A stretch of 64,000 nucleotides of DNA from Chitinophagaceae bacterium. Lineage in GTDB: Bacteria; Bacteroidota; Bacteroidia; Chitinophagales; Chitinophagaceae. The notes beneath the pieces were generated by a model. That model was not told the origin of the DNA. It made no database searches and saw only the letters and a program-made list of their open reading frames with translations. The DNA lies in assembly GCA_036262095.1 (NCBI GenBank), contig DATAJQ010000238.1, positions 4,304 through 68,303 on the forward strand. The letters run 5' to 3'. Within the stretch, counting starts at the first letter, position 1. Each line of letters starts with the position of its first letter. Both the position numbers and the translations under genes were made by a program. Below, in pieces: positions 47,431 to 57,400 of this stretch.

Positions 47431-48855
47431 ATGAGTACAGGCAAACAAATATCCATCGCCTGGTATGTTGCAGTTGATTATCTCATGTCTGCCTTTGCCT
47501 GGGCGGTTTACTATTTTATAAGAAAGGCTTTGCTGGAAAAAGACATTCCGGCAAGCAGCCTGTGGCAAACAGACTATCATTTCTGGATAGGTGTTCTTTT
47601 TATTCCTATGGGCTGGCTGGCTCTGTTTACTATTTCAGGTTCCTATCATTCCCTGTATGCAAAATCCAGGTTGTATGAATTCAGTTCCACACTGATCTGT
47701 ACACTGATCGGAACATCTGTATTATTTTTCTTTTTTGTAATGGATGATGTGAGGAATGATACCATATCTGCGGCTGCCTATTACAACAAAGCTTTTCTAC
47801 TGCTGCTTCTGCTTAACTTTCTCCTTATCTTTTTTGGCCGGTGGCTGGTGTTAAGAAAAGTGAAGCACCAATTGCTCAATGGTGATGTTTATTTCAATGC
47901 TCTGATCGTAGGCAACCGGGAAAATGCTACAAGCATATTTGAGAGAACTAAAAAGAACCTTCATGATGGAGGTTACCGCTATATTGGATTTGCCAGTCCG
48001 GCTGATGCTGATAGCAATTCTTCGCCATTGCCATTGCTGGGAACTTTACCGGAGCTGGAAAGATTGATTGATAAGAACAATGTGCAACTGGTAGTGCTTG
48101 CCCTGGAAAAATCAGAAAGCAGCCTGTTGGAAAACCTGGTTGCCCAGTTAAGTGAAAAGGATGTTTCCATAAAGATCCAGCCGGATACGATGGATATACT
48201 CTCGGGGTCCGTTAAAACCAATAACGTAATGGGCCCTGCACTGATAGATTTGAATACAGGGCTGATGCCTGAATGGCAGCAGCATATCAAACGGCTGATA
48301 GATGTGGCAACTGCAACTGCAGCATTGATCTTTCTTTTTCCGCTGATGCTTTATACGGTGATCCGCCTGGTATTATCGTCCAAAGGCCCTGTATTTTATG
48401 TGCAGGAAAGGATCGGTTATAAAGGAAAGCCTTTTATGATGTACAAGTTCAGGTCCATGATCGTAAATGCGGAAGAAAATGGCCCCGTTCTTTCTTCTGA
48501 CAATGATCCCCGCATTACCCGCTGGGGCAAAGTGATGCGGAAATGGAGGCTGGACGAGCTTCCCCAGCTATGGAATATCCTGAAAGGAGATATGAGCTTT
48601 GTTGGGCCCCGGCCTGAACGCCGTTTTTTCATCGGCCAGATAGTGGCCAGATTTCCCTATTACAAATACCTGTTGAAAGTAAAGCCTGGTCTCAGCAGTT
48701 GGGGAATGATCCAGTTTGGATATGCAGAAAACATCGAACAGATGATCGAACGCAGCAAATTCGACCTGGTTTATATCGAAAATATATCGCTTCTTCTCGA
48801 TTTCAAGATCATGATACATACCATCCGGATCATTTTTAAAGGCAAGGGGAAATAA
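47431..48855 (+). CDS. Polyprenyl-phosphate glycosyl-1-phosphate transferase (bacterial sugar transferase, WbaP/EpsB-like)
   Basis: N-terminal TM bundle. The C-terminal domain has [25 protein letters not shown] and [21 protein letters not shown]. It starts 1 nt after the upstream stop. Confidence 0.85.
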   Translation: MSTGKQISIAWYVAVDYLMSAFAWAVYYFIRKALLEKDIPASSLWQTDYHFWIGVLFIPMGWLALFTISGSYHSLYAKSRLYEFSSTLICTLIGTSVLFFFFVMDDVRNDTISAAAYYNKAFLLLLLLNFLLIFFGRWLVLRKVKHQLLNGDVYFNALIVGNRENATSIFERTKKNLHDGGYRYIGFASPADADSNSSPLPLLGTLPELERLIDKNNVQLVVLALEKSESSLLENLVAQLSEKDVSIKIQPDTMDILSGSVKTNNVMGPALIDLNTGLMPEWQQHIKRLIDVATATAALIFLFPLMLYTVIRLVLSSKGPVFYVQERIGYKGKPFMMYKFRSMIVNAEENGPVLSSDNDPRITRWGKVMRKWRLDELPQLWNILKGDMSFVGPRPERRFFIGQIVARFPYYKYLLKVKPGLSSWGMIQFGYAENIEQMIERSKFDLVYIENISLLLDFKIMIHTIRIIFKGKGK

Positions 48856-48949
48856 GTATTTTTGGGAAAACTCGGATCAGGTCCGAGGCGGCCCGCCTTC
48901 GCCAAGGCTTCGGCGGGTAAAGTAAGTTATCCTTACATTAAACCAGCCA

Positions 48950-51823
48950 ATGCAACCAATAAAATTCTTTTTCTTCCTCATAAGCTGCAGTTTCTTTTTT
49001 AATGTCCAGGCCCAGCGTCCATACTGGCAACAGGAAGTGAATTATTCCATTGATGTGTCGCTGAACGACAGGCAGCATAGCCTCGATGGATTTGAACGGA
49101 TGGAGTATATCAATCATTCACCTGATACACTTCGTTTTATCTGGATACATCTTTGGCCGAATGCCTATAAAAATGATAAGACAGCATTCACAGATCAGCA
49201 ATTAGAAAATGGCAGTACTGATTTTTATTTTTCCGGTAAAGAACAAAAGGGGTATATCAATAAGCTGGATTTTAAAGTGAATGATATAACCGCAGAAACA
49301 GCAGATCATCCGCAGCATATCGACATCATACAACTGATCCTTCCTTCACCATTATTGCCAGGACAGAGAATCCTGATCACAACGCCTTTTCATGTGCAAC
49401 TACCTAATAATTTCTCCAGGGGCGGTCATGATGGGGAAAGCTACCAGGTAACGCAATGGTATCCCAAACCGGCAGTGTATGACAAGGAGGGCTGGCACCC
49501 GATGCCCTATCTCGATCAGGGTGAATTTTACAGCGAATTTGGCAGCTTTGACGTAAATATTACGTTGCCGGATAATTATGTAGTGGCTGCTACAGGAGAA
49601 TTGCAGGATGCCAGGGAAAAAGAATGGCTTCGCGCCAGGAAGGATTTTAACTGGGAGCCGCTAAAGAAAAAGATCAAAACAAAAGGCGGAGGATATAAAA
49701 CGGTTCAGCAGCAATTCCCTGTTTCATCTCAACGGACTAAAACACTTCAGTTCCGCCAGGACCACGTACATGATTTCGCCTGGTTTGCTGATAAGCGTTT
49801 TATTGTTGATCTCGACACCTGCCGTCTTCCCTCAGGTAAGATCATTGAAGTCGGCAGCTATTATTTACCTGCAGAAAAAACAAGCTGGAGGAAGAGCCTG
49901 TCCTTTGCAAAAGATGCTGTAAGAAGCCGGAGTGAATGGATTGGCGAATATCCTTATTCTGTTATAAGCGTAGTGGAGGGGCCGCTCAGTGCCGGCGGAG
50001 GAATGGAATACCCTACGATCACGGTGATAGTCCCTACAGCAGACACAGGCCAGCTTGACCGCACGATCGAACATGAGATAGGGCATAACTGGTTTTATGG
50101 CATACTTGCCAGCAATGAGCGTCTCCATCCCTGGATGGATGAAGGGATAAATACTTATTATGGCAACCGTTATGTCCGTGATAAATACGGCCCCAAGGGA
50201 GATACATGGCTTGGCCAGTCCAGTTTCCTTATAGAAGATGCAGAAAGATTGTTGTTTGAATCGGTAGCAGCGATCCACCACGACCAGCCAATCAATACAT
50301 CCAGCGACAGTCTTTCTTCCTATAACTATCCCCTGGTTGCTTATATTAAAGCAGCTGCCTGGCTCGATTACCTGGAACAGAAAGTTGGGAGGCCTCAACT
50401 GGATAAAGCCCTTCAGCATTATTATCAGCAATGGAAGTTCAAACATCCCGGACCGGAAGATTTTAAGGCAAGCATCAGTGAAAGCCTGGGCATTGAGCAA
50501 GACAGTTTGTTTTCTTATCTGAACACAACAGGAGTTTTACCTGATCAACACAGAACAGGTACAAAAGCTGCTTTTATTCTTGACCTGAAATCTTACGCAT
50601 CATATATCCGGTCGCCAGTGGCCAATCTTATCAGCATTGGGCCGGCAATCGGCGTCAACAGGTATGATAAGTTAATGGCAGGCATTTTCGTAACCAATTA
50701 TAAACTTCCTGCATCACGGCTGCAGTTTTTTGTAGCGCCGATGTATGGTATTGCTACAAAAAAGCTGACTGGTACAGGTCTGATCAATTATTCCTTCTTC
50801 CCTGATGGAGCATTCCGGAGAATAAACCTTGGGCTTAGTGCGTCCGCATTTGGTATCAACCGGTTCAAGGACGATGACAAGACCACTTATATGTCTTTTC
50901 ATAAAATAGTACCGTCTCTCCGGCTGACATTAAAAGAACGTAATCCCAGGAGCACGCTCAACCGCTTCCTGCAATTCAAAACATTTTTTATTACTGAAGA
51001 AGCTTTGCGTTTTTACCGCGACACAACAATAACCGGGACTGACACTACTATAGAAAACAAATACAGGGTTATATCCAGCAATCGCACACTTAACCAACTG
51101 ATGCTGGTATGGGAAAATAATCGGGTATTGTATCCTTATCGCGGAGAATTTAAGCTGGAGCAGGGAAAAGATTTTATCCGTGCAGGTTTTACCGGTAATT
51201 ATTTTTTCAATTATCCAAAGGGGGGTGGGTTAGATCTCCGGTTGTTTGCCGGAAAATTCCTTTATACGGCCTCTAAAACGTTTACCAAGCAATCTGAAAC
51301 GGACCGTTACCATCTTAACATGACAGGGCCTAATGGTTATGAAGACTATACTTACAGTGATTATTTTGTTGGCCGTAATGAATTTGAAGGAACTGCAAGC
51401 CAGCAGATCATGGTAAGGGACGGGGGATTTAAAGTAAGGACAGATCTGCTTTCAAACAAGGTAGGTAAAACAGATGATTGGCTGGCAGCTATTAACCTCA
51501 GTTCCACTATCCCTTCCCATCTCAACCCGCTTAACCTGTTGCCGGTGAAAATCCCTTTGAAAGTATTCCTGGATATCGGCACAAGCGCAGAAAGCTGGAA
51601 AAGGACTTCCGGCCAGGACCGTTTTCTTTTTGACGCAGGCCTGCATATACCTTTGCTGAAAGAAACAGTGAATATTTATATCCCACTGCTGTACAGTAAA
51701 GTGTATAAAGATTACATACAGTCAACCATACCCGAAAACAGGTTCCTGAAAAAGATCTCTTTTTCCATTGATATTTCTCATTTCAGGATGCGCAAATTTA
51801 TCAGGGACATACCATTTGAATGA
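48950..51823 (+). CDS. Secreted M1-family (gluzincin) metallopeptidase with a long C-terminal extension
   Basis: Signal peptide, HEIGHNWFY (HExxH), and a downstream WMDEG glutamate. About 500 further C-terminal residues have no recognised motif. Confidence 0.7.
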   Translation: MQPIKFFFFLISCSFFFNVQAQRPYWQQEVNYSIDVSLNDRQHSLDGFERMEYINHSPDTLRFIWIHLWPNAYKNDKTAFTDQQLENGSTDFYFSGKEQKGYINKLDFKVNDITAETADHPQHIDIIQLILPSPLLPGQRILITTPFHVQLPNNFSRGGHDGESYQVTQWYPKPAVYDKEGWHPMPYLDQGEFYSEFGSFDVNITLPDNYVVAATGELQDAREKEWLRARKDFNWEPLKKKIKTKGGGYKTVQQQFPVSSQRTKTLQFRQDHVHDFAWFADKRFIVDLDTCRLPSGKIIEVGSYYLPAEKTSWRKSLSFAKDAVRSRSEWIGEYPYSVISVVEGPLSAGGGMEYPTITVIVPTADTGQLDRTIEHEIGHNWFYGILASNERLHPWMDEGINTYYGNRYVRDKYGPKGDTWLGQSSFLIEDAERLLFESVAAIHHDQPINTSSDSLSSYNYPLVAYIKAAAWLDYLEQKVGRPQLDKALQHYYQQWKFKHPGPEDFKASISESLGIEQDSLFSYLNTTGVLPDQHRTGTKAAFILDLKSYASYIRSPVANLISIGPAIGVNRYDKLMAGIFVTNYKLPASRLQFFVAPMYGIATKKLTGTGLINYSFFPDGAFRRINLGLSASAFGINRFKDDDKTTYMSFHKIVPSLRLTLKERNPRSTLNRFLQFKTFFITEEALRFYRDTTITGTDTTIENKYRVISSNRTLNQLMLVWENNRVLYPYRGEFKLEQGKDFIRAGFTGNYFFNYPKGGGLDLRLFAGKFLYTASKTFTKQSETDRYHLNMTGPNGYEDYTYSDYFVGRNEFEGTASQQIMVRDGGFKVRTDLLSNKVGKTDDWLAAINLSSTIPSHLNPLNLLPVKIPLKVFLDIGTSAESWKRTSGQDRFLFDAGLHIPLLKETVNIYIPLLYSKVYKDYIQSTIPENRFLKKISFSIDISHFRMRKFIRDIPFE

Positions 51824-52743
51824 GTCAGACATTTCACATACAATATCTGGCATATAAGGAAATTGATTTCCGGAAATGGGACCATTGTATGGCGAATGCT
51901 TCCAATGGTCTGATCTATGGGTATTCTTATTACCTGGATAATATGTCGAGACAATGGAATGCGCTGGTGTATGGCGATTACGAAGCTGTGATGCCATTGA
52001 CCTGTCATAGAAAATATGGAGTAGCCTACCTTTATCAGCCTTTTTTAGCAGCCCAGTTGGGTGTGTTTGGAAATAATATTACAGCAGGCCTTCTGCAATC
52101 ATTCCTGGATGCTGTTCCATCGAGGTACTTATACTGGGATATTTATCTCAATCATAAAAACCTCTTCCCGCTTGAGCGGTTCTCCTTATATCAGCGGAAA
52201 AATTTTGTCCTGCCTCTCCATAAATCCTACGCTGAATTGTATGAACAATACAGGGAGAATACAAAAAGGAATATAAAGAAAGCATTACAATTAGGCTGCA
52301 AGCCGGCAAAAGATATTCCTGTTGAAAAAGTAATAGAACTGGCTGTGTTGCAGATGCGTGGTTATACAAAAGAGTCCACAGACAATATTGAACGTTTCAG
52401 AAAACTCTATGATTTCTTATATGAAAGAAAACAAGCTATCTGCTATGGTATTCTTTCTTCCAAAAACGAATTGATAGCCTCCTGTGTGTTTTTCTTTTCC
52501 CATAATCGGGCTTATTATATCCTGGTAGGCAATCATCCTGACGGCCGTACATTGGGTGCCTCGCATGCCCTGATCGATGCGTTCATTAAAGATCATGCAG
52601 GCCAGGCTTTGCTGCTCGATTTTGAGGGCTCGGATATACGTAACCTCGCTTTCTTCTATAGCAGTTTCGGTGCTAAAGAAGAAAACTATCCGGCAGTAAA
52701 ATTGAACAGGTTACCATTTTATCTGAAATGGCTAAAAAAATAA
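51820..52743 (+). CDS. Hypothetical protein, possibly a FemAB-like/GNAT-fold acyltransferase
   Basis: Its start overlaps the M1 stop (ATGA). The size and composition recall FemAB-like GNAT proteins, but I see no diagnostic motif. Confidence 0.3.
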   Translation: MSQTFHIQYLAYKEIDFRKWDHCMANASNGLIYGYSYYLDNMSRQWNALVYGDYEAVMPLTCHRKYGVAYLYQPFLAAQLGVFGNNITAGLLQSFLDAVPSRYLYWDIYLNHKNLFPLERFSLYQRKNFVLPLHKSYAELYEQYRENTKRNIKKALQLGCKPAKDIPVEKVIELAVLQMRGYTKESTDNIERFRKLYDFLYERKQAICYGILSSKNELIASCVFFFSHNRAYYILVGNHPDGRTLGASHALIDAFIKDHAGQALLLDFEGSDIRNLAFFYSSFGAKEENYPAVKLNRLPFYLKWLKK

Positions 52744-53433
52744 TCAGGGATTGGAGGATGCGACACCTGATTCTTCCAATATTTTTTCTGCCAGCAGCAT
52801 ATCCACCGGTCTTGTTATCTTGATATTGTTCTCTTCACCATTCACGAGAGATACTTTAAGCCCATATGCTTCCACCACCGTAGCTTCATCAGTGAATTTA
52901 TCTTTATAATCTATCTGGAATGCGGGTAATAAGATCTTACTGTGAAATACCTGCGGGGTCTGTACCAGCATCACCAGGTTGCGATCTACAGCTTCATTAC
53001 CTTCTTCTGTGAGCATGCGGATGCTGTCTTTACTGGGAACTACCGGAATAGCGCTACCGGTTTCCATTGCCATTGTATAACAACGGCGGATCAGATCGCC
53101 TGACAATAAGCAACGTACGCCATCATGTACAAACACCACAGCTTCTTCTTTTATCAGTTCCAGGCCATTCTTTACGGATTGAAAACGGCTGTCGCCGCCG
53201 GCAGTGATTCGGATACGGTCTTTATCAAAATAAGCATCAATGATCTCCTGTCCCATGTCCATATATTCGACCGGTAGAACCAGGATCACCTGCAGGTCGG
53301 GGTAAGCGTCAACAAAAGCTTTAATGGAATAATAAAGAACGGGTTTATCTTTCAGCAACATGAACTGTTTGGGAATGCTTGCGCCCATTCTTGTGCCGGA
53401 GCCACCAGCCACTATTACAGCATATTTTTTCAT
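52744..53433 (-). CDS. ispD: 2-C-methyl-D-erythritol 4-phosphate cytidylyltransferase
   Basis: AVIVAGGSGTRMGASIPKQF and VFVHDGVRC. Confidence 0.9.
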   Translation of the reverse strand: MKKYAVIVAGGSGTRMGASIPKQFMLLKDKPVLYYSIKAFVDAYPDLQVILVLPVEYMDMGQEIIDAYFDKDRIRITAGGDSRFQSVKNGLELIKEEAVVFVHDGVRCLLSGDLIRRCYTMAMETGSAIPVVPSKDSIRMLTEEGNEAVDRNLVMLVQTPQVFHSKILLPAFQIDYKDKFTDEATVVEAYGLKVSLVNGEENNIKITRPVDMLLAEKILEESGVASSNP

Positions 53434-53451
53434 GAATACAAAAATCGGAAT

Positions 53452-53865
53452 TTACCGGATATAATAAAGAAATGGCTTAAAGGAAACCAGGTTGCCGTCT
53501 TTATCTTTTCCAAGTATACATTCAAGGGACAGCACATTCCTGCTTTTCATAGCCTGGATTGCTTTGGCATCTTCCTCTGAAAACGTATCACTGTATACAG
53601 TTCTTTGATGAGGTTCACAATCCTCACCACAATCGATAATATAAGTAAAGCGGGTAATTGTTACACCAGTTTCTTCCGGCTTTAATTTTTTGATCTTAGC
53701 CAGATCTTCCACGGAAAGCATGCCTTTGGCCTGTACTCCTTCAAAAGAGGCAGTGTAGCGGGGGAGCACTTTACATGAATCGTCATCCGACTGTGCAAAG
53801 CCAGTTTGCATATAAAGGGCAAATGCCAGGAGTAAAAATGATCTGCGTACTAAAGAGTATTTCAT
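53452..53865 (-). CDS. Exported hypothetical protein (137 aa)
   Basis: Signal peptide LLLAFALYMQTGFAQ. No recognised motif. Confidence 0.5.
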   Translation of the reverse strand: MKYSLVRRSFLLLAFALYMQTGFAQSDDDSCKVLPRYTASFEGVQAKGMLSVEDLAKIKKLKPEETGVTITRFTYIIDCGEDCEPHQRTVYSDTFSEEDAKAIQAMKSRNVLSLECILGKDKDGNLVSFKPFLYYIR

Positions 53866-54798
53866 TTACCGGTAAATATTTACTTCTTTTAATCCTTCAC
53901 TAGTCTGAATACCGCGGTACATTCCTGCACTGTTAAAGACCAGGGCTGCATTTCCTTTGGCATCCACACCGATCATTCCTCCCTCGCCTTCCATTTTAAC
54001 AAGTTTGTCCTGCACAACGATATCCATTGCTTCCTGTAAGGACAATCCTTTATATTCCATCAGGCAGCTTACATCATAGGCTGCTACAGCGCGGATAAAT
54101 ATTTCGCCATGGCCGGTGCAACTGATGGCACAGGTTTTATTATTGGCGTATGTACCGGCTCCGATAATCGGGCTATCACCTACCCTTCCCCATTGTTTGT
54201 TGGTCATACCGCCTGTGCTGGTAGCAGCGGCTATATTGCCAAACTGATCGCAGGCGGCTGCACCAACTGTCCCAAATTTCTTCTCGTTTACCTGTACATT
54301 ATGGTCCAGTGCTGCGTTTTCTGTTTCCCTTATTTTCAACCATTGATCATAGCGGAACTCTGAAAAGAAATAGTCATCCGGTTCCGTTCTTATACCAGTT
54401 GAAGAAGCAAAAGCAGTGGCGCCTTCTCCATTCAGCATTACGTGAGGGCTTTGGGTCATCACTGCATAAGCCAGTTCAACCGGGTTGCGGATATTATGCA
54501 CTCCGCTGATCGCTCCGGCCTGCAGGGTTTTTCCATCCATAATAGAGGCATCCATTTCCTGGCTGCCGTCTTTTGCAAATACAGATCCTCTACCGGCGTT
54601 GAACAGGATATTATCTTCCAGTGACATAACAGCGGCTTTAACAGCATCCACGGCAGAGCTTCCTTTATGCAATAAAGCATAGCCGGCATTCAATGCACCA
54701 TCCAACCCTTGCAGGTAAGCTTTTTCCATTTCCGGGGTCATATTTTCCCGGAGAATGGTGCCGGCTCCGCCATGTATTACAAGTGTGTACTTCGTCAT
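53866..54798 (-). CDS. Isoaspartyl peptidase / L-asparaginase (Ntn hydrolase, plant-type)
   Basis: LVIHGGAG and the autoprocessing site KFGTVGAAACD (Thr nucleophile). Confidence 0.85.
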   Translation of the reverse strand: MTKYTLVIHGGAGTILRENMTPEMEKAYLQGLDGALNAGYALLHKGSSAVDAVKAAVMSLEDNILFNAGRGSVFAKDGSQEMDASIMDGKTLQAGAISGVHNIRNPVELAYAVMTQSPHVMLNGEGATAFASSTGIRTEPDDYFFSEFRYDQWLKIRETENAALDHNVQVNEKKFGTVGAAACDQFGNIAAATSTGGMTNKQWGRVGDSPIIGAGTYANNKTCAISCTGHGEIFIRAVAAYDVSCLMEYKGLSLQEAMDIVVQDKLVKMEGEGGMIGVDAKGNAALVFNSAGMYRGIQTSEGLKEVNIYR

Positions 54799-54843
54799 AA
54801 TGAAATCCTTTAAGCCGCTTACCGTTGATATAAGCAGATATGA

Positions 54844-56283
54844 TTATCCTTCCTGGTTTTTCCGCTTTGATGAGATGGCGATATAATACAGGGGCACACC
54901 CAGCAAAACGATAATAAATCCCGGCCAGGTAAATTCAGGTTTATAGATAATCAATAACAAACAAAATGCCGTTCCCATCAGGATGTATAAGAGGGGAAGA
55001 ACAGGATAGCCGAATGCTTTATAAGGTCTTTCTGCCTCTGGTCTTTTTTTGCGCAGGATAAATATGCCGATAATGGTAAGCATATAAAATAATACAACCA
55101 CAAAAGAGATCATGTCAAGCAATTGGCCATATTTACCGCTCAGGCACCAGACAGATGCTACCAGGCATTGGATCCATAAAGCAGTCTGCGGTACAGAATT
55201 CTGGTTAAGCGTTCCTACTTTTTTAAAGAACAGCCCATCCTTCGCCATGGTATAGTATACTCTTGCACCGGCAAGGATCAGTCCGTTATTACATCCGAAT
55301 GTAGATACCATGATCAGTACGGCGATAAGCATTGTGCCGAAAGAAGGGAATATCTTATTTGCAGCAGCTACAGCCACACGATCATCCTGAGGCAGGGCCA
55401 GTTCATTCAATGGCAGTGCATTTAAGTACATGAGGTTTGCAGATACATAAATAACTGTAACTGTCAGCGTACCCAGGAAAAGGCTTAAGCCGATATTCCG
55501 TTTAGGGTTTTTCATTTCGCCTGCGATAAACGTTACGTTGTTCCAGGCATCGCTGCTGAAGATAGAGCCTACCATAGAAGCTGCGATGGCTCCCATCAGT
55601 GCAGCTCCGCCGATACCTTCCCAGGCTCCGGGGATAAACTTTCCATCTACATCTTTTACAGCTTGTCTGGCAGTAAAACCTGTTTCCCAGTTTTCAGCCC
55701 AGAAGCTTTGTTTTACCAGTAAAAAACCAAAAACGATCAATCCGAATAATGCCAGTAGTTTGGCAGAAGTAAATAATGTTTGGATAAACTTCCCTTCCTT
55801 AACTCCTTTTGAGTTGATATAGGTGAGTAAGATGATAATGGCAATAGCGACCAGTTGGCCGGAATACACTTTTGTTATCCCTGCATCGAACAAGAGGTGT
55901 TCATTCCCTAGTTCCGGTACCATATAAGCAAGGAACTTTGAAAAAGCCACGCCTACAGCGGCAATTGTTGCAGTTTGGATCACGGCAAAAAAGCTCCAGC
56001 CGTAGAGGAATGCCATTAATGGATTGTAAGCTTCTTTAAGATAAACGTATTGACCGCCGGCTTTAGGGAACATGCCGCTGAGTTCTCCATAGCTGAGGGC
56101 GGCTGTAAGTGTCATAAAGCCGGTGAGAAGCCATACGGCGACCAGCCAGCCGGCGCTGCCGGTATTGCGGGTGATATCAGCGCTGACGATAAAAATACCG
56201 GACCCGATCATGGAGCCGGCTACGATCATAGTGCCGTCGAATAAACCCAGGGTAGGTTTAAAAGAGGTTTGCTGTTGACTCAT
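54844..56283 (-). CDS. APC-superfamily amino acid permease
   Basis: About 12 TM segments, with N-terminal GTMIVAGSMIGSGIF, typical of APC/LAT-type permeases. Confidence 0.8.
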   Translation of the reverse strand: MSQQQTSFKPTLGLFDGTMIVAGSMIGSGIFIVSADITRNTGSAGWLVAVWLLTGFMTLTAALSYGELSGMFPKAGGQYVYLKEAYNPLMAFLYGWSFFAVIQTATIAAVGVAFSKFLAYMVPELGNEHLLFDAGITKVYSGQLVAIAIIILLTYINSKGVKEGKFIQTLFTSAKLLALFGLIVFGFLLVKQSFWAENWETGFTARQAVKDVDGKFIPGAWEGIGGAALMGAIAASMVGSIFSSDAWNNVTFIAGEMKNPKRNIGLSLFLGTLTVTVIYVSANLMYLNALPLNELALPQDDRVAVAAANKIFPSFGTMLIAVLIMVSTFGCNNGLILAGARVYYTMAKDGLFFKKVGTLNQNSVPQTALWIQCLVASVWCLSGKYGQLLDMISFVVVLFYMLTIIGIFILRKKRPEAERPYKAFGYPVLPLLYILMGTAFCLLLIIYKPEFTWPGFIIVLLGVPLYYIAISSKRKNQEG

Positions 56284-56602
56284 GCAGTTTGTGATTTGGA
56301 TAAAGCTAAGTGAAAAACGAAAAAGTTTTTCATCATTTTTTCTACGTTTTTTTCCGGGGAAAAATCTGGTTTTTTCCCAAGGCTTGGGATTTGCAAAAGG
56401 GGATATTTGCTTTGATTAATCGCTTTGAGGTGTGCGGGTGGGTTAGATAGAATGTGGGGGTATAGAGATAGAGGTATAGGGCCTGAATAGGCCCGGGTTA
56501 TGTTATTGCCTGGTGAGTAGCAACTGTAAATTGGTAGGCTGGAAGGCGGGGGAGGGAGGGCCCCGCAAGGGGTAGATTCAGATCGAACCTTAATTATCTC
56601 CC

Positions 56603-57199
56603 CTACTGCTTCTCCTTCTTATACTTCTCATTCAACCCCCGGATCACATCCGGCGTAATATCATACAACGTATCCTTATAATAAAACACACCCGGATCGT
56701 TCGCAACAATATACGCATATTCCCTTCCCTTATTATACTCCGCAATAAACTCCTCGATCTTCTTCTTTAACGACAAATTACGGCGGGTCACAAACTCCTG
56801 GTACTGCTGGTCCATATCCTGCTTTCTCCCCTTCAACACATCTTCCAGTTGCTTCAGCTCCATCTGCGCTCTCTCATAATCCGCCTGCGTCATGGTCGAC
56901 TGCTTCTGCTGGTATTCCTGGATCTTCTTCCGATATGTCATATCAAGCTGGGAAAGTCCATTGCTATATTCCTTTTCCTTTCCTTCAATCTCCGATTTCA
57001 CATCCTTCACCATGTCAAAATGGGCTTCAATAGAGTCCATCTCAAAATACGCAATGCGGAAAGGCTTGTTCAGTGATACTGTGTCATTGATCGTTTTCCT
57101 TGAAGTAGAGTCTCCCCCCTTCTTACCTAATTGAGTAAAAAGAAGATATCCGCCAAGAAGCGTCAATAATACATTCCATATCACGATACCATTTTTCAT
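56603..57199 (-). CDS. OmpH/Skp-family periplasmic chaperone-like protein
   Basis: An N-terminal TM/signal anchor followed by a long K/E/Q-rich coiled coil of about 170 aa, the typical size for OmpH. Confidence 0.55.
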   Translation of the reverse strand: MKNGIVIWNVLLTLLGGYLLFTQLGKKGGDSTSRKTINDTVSLNKPFRIAYFEMDSIEAHFDMVKDVKSEIEGKEKEYSNGLSQLDMTYRKKIQEYQQKQSTMTQADYERAQMELKQLEDVLKGRKQDMDQQYQEFVTRRNLSLKKKIEEFIAEYNKGREYAYIVANDPGVFYYKDTLYDITPDVIRGLNEKYKKEKQ

Positions 57200-57350
57200 C
57201 TGTGTTTCGCTTTTATTTTAAAAATCACCACCTGTTACACAAAACAAGGGGCTATGGCTTGCAAGTTAAATTCCTTACCGGGCAAATATAAGGATTCAGG
57301 TCACTTTATGAAACCCTTAACGCAAACGAAAATCTCAAATTTGAAGATAA

Positions 57351-57381
57351 AAAAAGGAGTAAGGGTCACTTACTCCTTTTT
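57351..57381 (-). terminator. Rho-independent (bidirectional-type) terminator after rpoC
   Basis: Stem aaaaaggagtaag (57351-57363) / cttactccttttt (57369-57381) with a 5-nt loop, flanked by an A-run and a T-run. It lies 20 nt beyond the rpoC stop. Confidence 0.75.
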
Positions 57382-57400
57382 ATCATTTGATAAATCGCTC

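Noticed and set aside
48856-48949. A GC-rich partial palindrome (ggcccgccttcgccaaggcttcggcggg) after the sugar transferase gene, as a possible third copy of the palindromic element or a terminator.
   Set aside because: Only a 6-bp outer stem and a 3-bp inner stem form, the apical loop is too small, and no T-run follows. It shares only cccgcctt with the element at 3951-4010.
56540-56575. A G-quadruplex motif in ggaaggcgggggagggaggg.
   Set aside because: Only three runs of three or more G are present. A canonical four-tract G3 quadruplex cannot form without using GG tracts.
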